Translations under genes and position numbers: made by a program
Part shown: in pieces, positions 23,775 through 32,000 of the stretch
Numbering within the stretch: the first letter of the stretch is position 1
Layout: every line of letters begins with the position of its first letter
Notes under the pieces: generated by a model
What the model was told of the DNA's origin: nothing
The model's input: only the letters and a program-made list of their open reading frames with translations
Database searches by the model: none
Assembly: GCF_042660085.1 (NCBI RefSeq)
Contig: NZ_JBHSTI010000008.1
Coordinates: 1,839,876-1,871,875, forward strand
Source: Longivirga aurantiaca
Lineage (GTDB): Bacteria; Actinomycetota; Actinomycetes; S36-B12; CAIYMF01
Direction of reading: 5' to 3'
DNA length: 32,000 bases

Positions 23775-24179
23775 TCAAGCGCGGGGGTCGTCGGCCTGGC
23801 CGGGCATGGGGATGCGCGGCGGGCCGGAGTACGGCGTGCGCTGGACACCGCGGCGTCCGAGCCAGACCCACAGCACCTGGGTCAGCACGACGAGTGCGAA
23901 CCCGAACATGAGGTCCTCGACCGGCGCGAACGCGATGCGGCCGTCGCCGAGGAACGGCGGCGGGCCGTCGACGGGTGTGGTCGAGCCGATGATCTGCTCG
24001 CCGTCGTACCGCACGACGCGCAGGCCGGTGAGGATGCCGTTCGTGACGAGCTGGAAGAACACGACGATGGCGTACGCCGCCCAGAAGGCACGACGCCGCA
24101 GCAGCCGCGTGCGGAACACGAACAGGTCGAGCAGCACGACCACGACGATGCCGAGCAGCGCGAGCTGGGTGTAGCTCAT
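23775..24179 (-). CDS. crtYd: Lycopene cyclase domain protein, second subunit of the heterodimeric cyclase
   Basis: C-terminal part of ORF 23775..24452. ATG 24179 overlaps the crtYc stop (ATGA). It has three TM helices and the motif FAPVEDLMFGFALVV, which corresponds to the PxE(E/D) motif of CrtYc/Yd-type cyclases. Confidence 0.85.
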   Translation of the reverse strand: MSYTQLALLGIVVVVLLDLFVFRTRLLRRRAFWAAYAIVVFFQLVTNGILTGLRVVRYDGEQIIGSTTPVDGPPPFLGDGRIAFAPVEDLMFGFALVVLTQVLWVWLGRRGVQRTPYSGPPRIPMPGQADDPRA

Positions 24180-24544
24180 GCGTCGTCCCGCCGAACGCCG
24201 TCCACCACGGTGCCCGGGGGCTCGTCGCCGACCTCCCACCGCTTCACCGACCGCACGGCCTCGAGCGTGAGGAGCGCGGCGATCGGGATCACGACGAAGA
24301 ACAGCAGCTCGTCGAGCGGGAGGTTGCCCGGCAGGATCACGCCGGTCGTCTGCTCGGGGTCGAACGTCCAGTGGCCCGAGGCGATCGCGTAGAGGTCCCA
24401 GACCACGAACACCGCGACGACCGGCAGCAGGGTGAGGAAGAGGCGGCGCCAACGGCGGTAGACGCGGGCGCGCAGCAGCACCTCGAGCCAGGCGGTGCCG
24501 ACGACGACGAACAGCAGCACGCCGAGGTAGACGAACCGGCTCAC
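24176..24544 (-). CDS. crtYc: Lycopene cyclase domain protein, first subunit of the heterodimeric cyclase
   Basis: Last 122 codons of the 999-aa ORF 24176..27175. GTG 24544 overlaps the upstream PPOX stop (GTGA). The translation is VSRFVYLGVLLFVVVG...NLPLDELLFFVVIPIAALL (PxE(E/D) motif). Confidence 0.85.
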   Translation of the reverse strand: MSRFVYLGVLLFVVVGTAWLEVLLRARVYRRWRRLFLTLLPVVAVFVVWDLYAIASGHWTFDPEQTTGVILPGNLPLDELLFFVVIPIAALLTLEAVRSVKRWEVGDEPPGTVVDGVRRDDA

Positions 24545-25011
24545 GCGCCCGCCTGCTTCCCGTGGTCCCACGACACCACGCGCGTCACGTCGAGGCGCAG
24601 GGCACGCTGCTTGGGCGCGCGCTCGAGGTACGCCGCCTTCACGGAGTCGACGTGGGCGGGGTCGAGGCCCTCGTACTTCACCATCAGCCCGGCGAACACC
24701 TCGCAGATGCGGTCGACGTCGTCCACGAGCGCGACCGTGCCGGTGAGCTGGACGCCGCGGAGCTCGGAGTAGCGCTCGCCGTCCTCGACCAGGGCGGAGA
24801 ACCGCGGGTCGCGCTCGAGGTTCACGATCTTCTGGCTCTTGGCGTACGTGCGCATCCAGACCACGCCGTCGTCGTCCACGACGTACCACATGGGCACGGG
24901 GTCGGGCGCTCCGTCGGGGCCGAGCGTGACGAGGACGAGGGTGCGCCCGGCGCGCAGGAACGCGTCCGCCTCGGCGTCGGTCAGCGCGATGGACGCGCGG
25001 CTGTTGGCCAC
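24541..25011 (-). CDS. PPOX-class (pyridoxamine 5'-phosphate oxidase fold), probably F420-dependent oxidoreductase
   Basis: Part of ORF 24541..25233. GTG 25011 follows AGGCAGGA. The translation ...LTDAEADAFLRAGRTLVLVTLGPDGAPDPVPMWYVVDDDGVVWMRTYAKSQKIVNLERDPRFSALVEDGERYSELRGVQLTGTVALV is the split-barrel PPOX/F420 family pattern. Confidence 0.8.
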   Translation of the reverse strand: MANSRASIALTDAEADAFLRAGRTLVLVTLGPDGAPDPVPMWYVVDDDGVVWMRTYAKSQKIVNLERDPRFSALVEDGERYSELRGVQLTGTVALVDDVDRICEVFAGLMVKYEGLDPAHVDSVKAAYLERAPKQRALRLDVTRVVSWDHGKQAGA

Positions 25012-25073
25012 GTCGACATCCTGCCTGCGCGCGCGTCCCGCCGCGACGCGGGACCGGTCGAACAGCACCCGCG

Positions 25074-25092
25074 GCGACCGGAATCCGGTCGC
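25074..25092. promoter_or_regulatory. Perfect 19-bp palindrome, candidate operator in a divergent promoter region
   Basis: GCGACCGGAaTCCGGTCGC lies in the 169-bp gap between the PPOX-crtYcd operon start (25011) and the kinase start (25181). Two GGATCG repeats 11 bp apart are nearby (25102-25107 and 25113-25118). Confidence 0.4.
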
Positions 25093-25180
25093 GCAGAGCG
25101 GGGATCGAGCACGGATCGCACCACGGGCGCCCGGCGCGCCAGCACGGAGCATCTCGGAACCGAACGTAGACTCGCCGACT

Positions 25181-27103
<1,923 letters not shown>

Positions 27104-27260
27104 ACCGCGCGTCTCACCTGCCGGAACCCTCGTCCAGCAGCCGGACACGCGTGTGTACCCTCGACCCGTGCGCATCTCGCGGAACGCGTTTTATGGCTAC
27201 CGGCCCGGGGCTCCCCGGGTGGGTCGCCGTCGCACTGCCTGACGCGCACCACCCCGACAC

Positions 27261-27290
27261 GAAGCCCCGCGCCGCACCGGCCGGGGCTTC
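27261..27290 (+). terminator. Hairpin followed by TTCC in the 232-bp kinase/DAHP-synthase gap (terminator or attenuator)
   Basis: GAAGCCCCG (27261-27269), 12-nt loop, CGGGGCTTC (27282-27290), then TTCC. It lies 45 nt upstream of the DAHP synthase ATG. Confidence 0.4.
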
Positions 27291-27335
27291 TTCCGTCCCC
27301 GGCGGGCGGCACCCGAACGAGAGGCACGAACCCAC

Positions 27336-28373
27336 ATGGTCATCGTCATGGCGCCCGGCGCCACCGACGCGCAGATCGATGCCGTCATCACCCGCGTGAC
27401 CACCGCGGGCGGCGAGGCGTTCGTCAGCCGCGGCGACACCCGCACGATCGTGGGTCTCGTCGGCGACGTCGACAAGTTCCACGGCCTCAACCTGCGCACG
27501 CTGCCCGGCGTCGCGGAGGTCGTGCGGATCTCGACTCCGTTCAAGCTCGTCAGCCGCCAGCACCACCCCGACATGTCGACCGTGTACGTCGGCGAGACGC
27601 GCGTGCCGATCGGCCCGGACACCTTCACCCTCATCGCCGGCCCGTGCGCGGTCGAGACGCCCGAGCAGACCCTCGAGGCCGCGCAGATGGCCCTCGCCGC
27701 CGGCGCCACGCTGCTGCGCGGCGGCGCGTTCAAGCCGCGCTCCTCGCCGTACGCGTTCCAGGGCCTCGGCGAGCGCGGCCTGCAGATCCTGGCCGACGTG
27801 CGCGCCGAGACCGGCCTGCCCGTGGTCACCGAGGTCGTCGACGTGGCCGACGTCGAGCTCGTCGCGTCGTACGCCGACATGCTGCAGATCGGCACGCGCA
27901 ACGCCCAGAACTTCACGCTCCTGCAGGCGGTCGGCGACATCGGCAAGCCGGTGATGCTCAAGCGCGGCATGAGCTCCACGATCGAGGAGTGGCTCATGGC
28001 CGCGGAGTACATCGCTCAGCGCGGGAACCTCGACATCGTGCTGTGCGAGCGCGGCATCCGGACCTTCGAGAAGGCCACCCGCAACACCCTCGACATCGCG
28101 GCCGTGCCGGTGGCGCACGACCTGTCGCACCTGCCGATCGTCGTCGACCCGTCGCACTCGGGCGGCCGGCGCGACCTCGTCGTGCCCCTCTCGCGCGCCG
28201 CGATCGCCGTCGGTGCGGACGGCATCATCGTCGACGTGCACCCGCACCCGGAGAGCGCGCTCTGCGACGGGCCCCAGGCGCTCGTCGACAGCGACCTCCG
28301 CGCACTGGCCACCGCCGTCCGCCAGCTCGCGCCGCTCTCCGACCGCCGCCCCGCCGCGCCCCTCGGCCGCTGA
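27336..28373 (+). CDS. aroF: 3-deoxy-7-phosphoheptulonate (DAHP) synthase, type I-beta with an N-terminal ferredoxin-like regulatory domain
   Basis: ORF 27336..28373. The translation MVIVMAPGATDAQIDAVI...RTIVGLVGD...FKLVSRQHHP...IAGPCAVE...LRGGAFKPRSSPYAFQGLGERGL...IGTRNAQNF...LKRG...CERGIRTFE...RNTLDI...VDPSHSGGRRDLV is collinear with Thermotoga-type DAH7PS. Confidence 0.92.
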   Translation: MVIVMAPGATDAQIDAVITRVTTAGGEAFVSRGDTRTIVGLVGDVDKFHGLNLRTLPGVAEVVRISTPFKLVSRQHHPDMSTVYVGETRVPIGPDTFTLIAGPCAVETPEQTLEAAQMALAAGATLLRGGAFKPRSSPYAFQGLGERGLQILADVRAETGLPVVTEVVDVADVELVASYADMLQIGTRNAQNFTLLQAVGDIGKPVMLKRGMSSTIEEWLMAAEYIAQRGNLDIVLCERGIRTFEKATRNTLDIAAVPVAHDLSHLPIVVDPSHSGGRRDLVVPLSRAAIAVGADGIIVDVHPHPESALCDGPQALVDSDLRALATAVRQLAPLSDRRPAAPLGR

Positions 28374-28378
28374 CCGGC

Positions 28379-28448
28379 GATCTGCCCCCGGATCCGTCGC
28401 TTCCCTCGGCGTTCTGTCGTGAAGTCACGACAGAACCGGGGGCAGATC
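28379..28448. terminator. Nested double palindrome filling the convergent gap (bidirectional terminator candidate)
   Basis: The outer perfect 13-nt arms are GATCTGCCCCCGG (28379-28391) and CCGGGGGCAGATC (28436-28448). They enclose the perfect inner palindrome TTCTGTCGTGAagTCACGACAGAA (28412-28435). The aroF stop is at 28373 and the MMPL stop at 28456. Confidence 0.6.
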
Positions 28449-28455
28449 CCCGGCG

Positions 28456-30603
28456 CTAGGCCGGGTCGTGGACGTGCGGCAGGAGGCGGTCGAGCCAGGC
28501 CGGCAGCCACCAGTTCCAGTCGCCGAGCAGCGTCATGGTCGACGGCACGAGCAGACCGCGCACGATGGTCGCGTCGACGGCCACAGCGGCCGCCATGCCC
28601 ACGCCCATCATCTTGATGACCGGGTCGCTGCTCATCGTGAAGCTGAGGAAGACGCAGATCATGATGAGCGCCGCCGAGGTGATCACCCGACCGGTCTTGG
28701 CCATGCCGCTCGCCACCGAGGCGCGCCCGTCGCCGGTCGCCACCCACTCCTCGCGCACCGCGGTGAGCACGAAGACCTCGTAGTCGGTCGAGAGCCCGAA
28801 CAGCACGGCGAACATCAGCAGCGGCACATAGCTCTCGATCGGCACCGGCGCCTCGAGCCCGAGGAGCCCCGCGCCCCAGCCCCAGGTGAAGACCGCGACG
28901 AGGATGCCGTACGCCGCCCCGACCGATAGCAGGTTCATGAGCGCCGCCTTGAGCGCCACGATCGGCGCGCGGAACGCCACGAGCAGCAGCAGCGTCGCCA
29001 CGAGCACGACCGCCCCGACGACGAGCACCATGCGGCTGGAGATCCGGTCGGTGAGATCGCCCTTGCCCGCGGTGAACCCGCCCACGTGCGTCTCCGCTTC
29101 GGGCGCAGCGGCAGGCAGCACGTCGGAGCGCAGCGAGGCGACGAGGTCCTGCGTGGCCGGGTCGGACGGCGCGGTGGTCGGCTGAGCCGAGAGCCGCACC
29201 ACGAGCCCGTCGTCCGACACCTGCGGCGGCGTCACCGCGGCAACGCCGTCGGCCCCCTGCACCGCCTTGGCGAGCGCAAGGGCGGCGGGGTCGGTGGGGC
29301 CCGACAGGGCCGAGGGGTACGTCGCCGTCACGAGCAACGGTCCGTTCGCGCCCGGCCCGAAGCCGTCCGAGAGCAGGTCGTACGACTGACGCTGCTCGGT
29401 CGAGGTGGGCCACGACCCGGCGTCGAGCTGCCCGAGGCGAAGGTCGAGCGCGGGCGCGGCGAGCAGGCCCAGCACGACCGTGCTGCCGAGCAGCACCGCC
29501 CACGGCCGACGGGCCACGCGGCGTGCGAGCCGCGCCCATCCGCCGGCCTCGCCGAGCGACTCAGGCTTGCGGGTCGCGAGCCGCGGGCCGAGCCACGCGA
29601 GCATCGCGGGCAGCAGCGTCACCGCGGCGACGCACGCCACCAGCACCGCGAGGCCCGACGCGATCGCCAGGCTCCGCATCAGCGGCATGCCGACCAGGGC
29701 GAGCCCGGACAGCGCCGCGATCACCGAGAACCCGGCGAACAGCACCGCGCGGCCGGCCGTCGCCGTGGTCGTCGTCGCGGCCCGCACCGGGTCCTGGCCG
29801 TCGACGAGGGCGCGTTGGAACCGGTTGAGACCGAACAGCGCGTAGTCGATGCCGACTCCGAGCCCGATCATCGAGGCGAGCGACGGCGCCACGGCCGGGA
29901 TGTCGACGGCGTACCCGAGCAGGCCGAGCGCGAGGATCGACACGGCGAGGCCGACGATCGCGGTGCCGAGCGGCAGCAGCGCGGCTGCGACCGAGCCGAA
30001 CGCGACGAGCAGGATCACGAGCGCCGCCACGAGTCCGATGAGCTCGGCGCGACGGTTGGTCTCACGGTCGAGCACGGCGGCGAGCTGGTCGGCGGGCGCC
30101 ACCGAGATGCCTGCCTCGGCGACCGCATCGGTGACGCTCGAGGTCAGCTGCTCGGCCAGCGGGCGCGTGATGTCCTTGCCCGAGACGGTGAGCACCACCG
30201 AGATCGTGCCGATGGTGCCGTCGTCCGAGAGCTGCCCGTTCCTCGCCGTCGGGGCGGTCGCGCTCGCCACCTCGGGCAGCGTCTCGAGCGCCGTCACCGC
30301 ATCGTCGAGAGCGGCCTTCTGCTCGGCGCCGGTGAGGGCGTCGGCCGTCACCACGATGCGCTGGGCCGGGTTGGGCGCGTCGGGGAACGCCGCGCGGGAG
30401 ACGTCGATCGCCGCCTGGCTGTCGGCGCCGGGAATGGTGAGGTCGTCGGTGGTCGCGGGGCCGAACCGGCCGATGAGCAGGCCCAGCACGACCGCCAGCA
30501 GGAGCCACGCCGCGACCACGCGTCGCGGGTGCTGGGCGCACCGACGTCCGAGCCGCGCGGTCCAGCCGAGGGGCACATCGGTCGCGTGGGCGGCGGTGGG
30601 CAC
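28456..30603 (-). CDS. MMPL-family (RND superfamily) membrane transporter
   Basis: ORF 28456..30603, starting at GTG 30603 or GTG 30579. It is 715 aa. It has two blocks of about 6 TM helices separated by soluble domains, with typical ...GLGVGIDYALF... and ...LFGLSTDYEVFVL... motifs. Confidence 0.9.
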   Translation of the reverse strand: MPTAAHATDVPLGWTARLGRRCAQHPRRVVAAWLLLAVVLGLLIGRFGPATTDDLTIPGADSQAAIDVSRAAFPDAPNPAQRIVVTADALTGAEQKAALDDAVTALETLPEVASATAPTARNGQLSDDGTIGTISVVLTVSGKDITRPLAEQLTSSVTDAVAEAGISVAPADQLAAVLDRETNRRAELIGLVAALVILLVAFGSVAAALLPLGTAIVGLAVSILALGLLGYAVDIPAVAPSLASMIGLGVGIDYALFGLNRFQRALVDGQDPVRAATTTTATAGRAVLFAGFSVIAALSGLALVGMPLMRSLAIASGLAVLVACVAAVTLLPAMLAWLGPRLATRKPESLGEAGGWARLARRVARRPWAVLLGSTVVLGLLAAPALDLRLGQLDAGSWPTSTEQRQSYDLLSDGFGPGANGPLLVTATYPSALSGPTDPAALALAKAVQGADGVAAVTPPQVSDDGLVVRLSAQPTTAPSDPATQDLVASLRSDVLPAAAPEAETHVGGFTAGKGDLTDRISSRMVLVVGAVVLVATLLLLVAFRAPIVALKAALMNLLSVGAAYGILVAVFTWGWGAGLLGLEAPVPIESYVPLLMFAVLFGLSTDYEVFVLTAVREEWVATGDGRASVASGMAKTGRVITSAALIMICVFLSFTMSSDPVIKMMGVGMAAAVAVDATIVRGLLVPSTMTLLGDWNWWLPAWLDRLLPHVHDPA

Positions 30604-30637
30604 CCGCGCACCCTACGGGCGGGGGCACCCGGTCGCC

Positions 30638-31009
30638 CTACGGACGGTCGAGCAGGCCCTCGAGGGCGACGACCTCCGCGGCGAGCCGGTGCGACCGCTC
30701 GCTGCTGCCGTACACAGCCATGGCCGACCTGCGCTCGCTGATCTCGACGCGAACCAGCGCGGCGACGTCGTCGTCGGTCAGGACGCGCCGCTCCGCCTCG
30801 GCGGCGCCCACCCCGGCTGCCGCGCCCGCGACGTGCTCGGACTGCAGGGTCCCCGCGTCGCTGCCGGCGGGCAGAGGGACGGCCTCGGCGTTGCCGATCG
30901 CACCGAGGAGGCTGCGCAGCGCCGACACGGTGACGGCGTCGTGCGAACGGACGGCTTCGCTCAGCCAGGTGCGGGCGCGGTTCTCGATCGCCGTCGTGTG
31001 GTCGTTCAC
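30638..31009 (-). CDS. GatB/YqeY-domain-like small protein
   Basis: ORF 30638..31009, GTG start. The pattern ...AV...D...VSALRSLLGAIGNAE......LTDDDVAALVRVEISERRSAMAVY......LAAEVVALEGLL resembles the YqeY helical domain. The match is weak and made by eye. Confidence 0.5.
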   Translation of the reverse strand: MNDHTTAIENRARTWLSEAVRSHDAVTVSALRSLLGAIGNAEAVPLPAGSDAGTLQSEHVAGAAAGVGAAEAERRVLTDDDVAALVRVEISERRSAMAVYGSSERSHRLAAEVVALEGLLDRP

Positions 31010-31034
31010 GGCCCGATCCTGTCAGGGATCGCCG

Positions 31035-31592
31035 TCAGTCGAAGAGGGTGCCCTCGTCGGCGGGTCGGGCCCCCTCGTGCGCGAGCAGCGCCGCCTTGAC
31101 CCGCAGGCCGTAGGCGTAGCCGCCGAGGGTGCCGTCGGTGCGCAGGATGCGGTGGCAGGGGACGAACGGCGCGACCTTGTTGCGGGCACAGGCCTGGCCG
31201 GCGGCGCGGACGGCGGCCGGGCTGCCGGCGCGCTCGGCGAGGCCGGCGTAGGAATCGGTCTCCCCCGCCTTCACCCCGCGCAGCTCGTCCCACGCGCGCT
31301 GCAGGAACGGCCCTCCGGGCTGGCTCACGAGGACGTCGTCGAGCGCGTCGACGTCGCCGCCGGCGTACCGCTCGAGCGCGTCGACGGCCGCCTTCGTGGC
31401 GCCACCGCCGCGCGGCGCCGGGTGGTGGCCACGCGCCTGCTCGGCCTCGGTCAGGAACGCGAACGTCGCGTCGAGGCTCTTCCAGCCCGAGGCCACCACG
31501 GCGCCCGTGACCGGGTCGGCGACGACGACCACCGAGCCGCCCGGGAGGGCGACCTCGGCCGTCTCGTACGGCGGCAGCGTGTCGACGGTCAT
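31035..31592 (-). CDS. ogt: Methylated-DNA--protein-cysteine methyltransferase
   Basis: C-terminal part of ORF 31035..31805. ATG 31592 overlaps the upstream stop (ATGA). The active site is ...NKVAPFVPCHRILRTDGTLGGYAYG.... Confidence 0.9.
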   Translation of the reverse strand: MTVDTLPPYETAEVALPGGSVVVVADPVTGAVVASGWKSLDATFAFLTEAEQARGHHPAPRGGGATKAAVDALERYAGGDVDALDDVLVSQPGGPFLQRAWDELRGVKAGETDSYAGLAERAGSPAAVRAAGQACARNKVAPFVPCHRILRTDGTLGGYAYGLRVKAALLAHEGARPADEGTLFD

Positions 31593-32000
31593 GACGGCTC
31601 CTTCACGGGGGCGGGGGCGAGCGAGGTCCAGAGGTGCTGGGCGGCGTACGAGCGCCACGGGCTCCAGGCCGAGACGTGGGCGCCGAGGGCACGGGCGGCC
31701 TCGGGCAGGCCGAGCGCGCCGGCGGCGTGCCGCAGGCCGAGGTCGGACGCCGGGAACGCGTCGGGGTCGGCCAGAGCGCGCAGCCGCACGTAGCCGGTGG
31801 TCCACGGGCCGGCCCCCGGGATCGCGAGCAGCGCGGCCTCGACCTCGTCGAGGTCGGGCGAGCCGAGCGCCACGCTGCCGTCGGCGACGGCGGCCGCGAG
31901 CGCCACCAGCGTGCGCGCCCGCGACCCGGGCATCCCGGTGATGGCAGCGGGGTCGAGCGCGGCGATCGCCGCCGGCCGCGGGAACGCGCGCAGGCCGCTC
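31589..32000 (-). CDS. alkA: DNA-3-methyladenine glycosylase II (AlkA-like HhH-GPD), 3' part; the 5' end lies beyond the window
   Basis: The ORF 31589..31933 frame stays open to base 32000 (...SGLRAFPRPAAIAALDPAAITGMPGSRARTLVALAAAV...). The HhH-GPD region is IPGAGPWTTGYVRLRALADPDAFPASDLGL. Confidence 0.8.
   Translation of the reverse strand, partial: SGLRAFPRPAAIAALDPAAITGMPGSRARTLVALAAAVADGSVALGSPDLDEVEAALLAIPGAGPWTTGYVRLRALADPDAFPASDLGLRHAAGALGLPEAARALGAHVSAWSPWRSYAAQHLWTSLAPAPVKEPS

Noticed and set aside
27192-27335. Leader-peptide ORF upstream of aroF (ATG at 27193, MATGPGLPGWVAV...)
   Set aside because: It has no run of Phe/Tyr/Trp codons and no ribosome-binding site. The frame runs on into aroF out of frame, so it does not look like an attenuation leader peptide.
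31589-31592. The alkA-ogt ATGA overlap as something unusual
   Set aside because: The alkA-ogt pairing is a standard alkylation-repair arrangement in actinobacteria and the sequence is ordinary. It is recorded as features only.

Overview
High-G+C actinobacterial chromosomal segment. I found no rRNA, tRNA, CRISPR array or transposase. About 36 protein-coding genes can be supported from the translations. Many long ORFs in the track are antisense or out-of-frame artefacts of the G+C content. The backbone is a core block I recall from Corynebacterium/Mycobacterium: metF, divergent idsA, an mptA-like GT-C mannosyltransferase, a PknL-like PASTA Ser/Thr kinase, then DAHP synthase. It is followed by an MMPL transporter and alkA-ogt. 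A complete carotenoid pathway is scattered through this block: GGPP synthase (11966-13039), crtI (13193-14713), crtB (20209-21165), a split lycopene cyclase crtYc/crtYd (24544-23775), and a tailoring module. The tailoring module is a crtA-like oxygenase (2199-2963) plus a cruF-like hydratase, a GT2 glycosyltransferase and a crtD-like desaturase (3559-7003). It predicts a monocyclic, glycosylated, 2'-oxygenated (myxol/sioxanthin-type) pigment. Main points for follow-up: (1) a PPOX-class, probably F420-dependent oxidoreductase is translationally coupled (GTGA and ATGA overlaps) to crtYc-crtYd. (2) A perfect LexA box TCGAAC-N4-GTTCGA and a 17-bp GC hairpin lie upstream of a DUF6504-like gene that heads an operon leaving the window; this may be an SOS mutasome cassette. 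(3) A lipobox-bearing RNase Sa-like gene overlaps its barstar gene and is divergent from crtB. (4) An HNH/DUF222 gene and a lower-G+C ICMT-family methyltransferase separate crtB from crtYcd. (5) MptA is followed by two paralogous GT87 genes. (6) Several perfect, locally A/T-enriched palindromes sit in intergenic gaps. All functional calls rest on motif and family recognition by eye. No database search was run.
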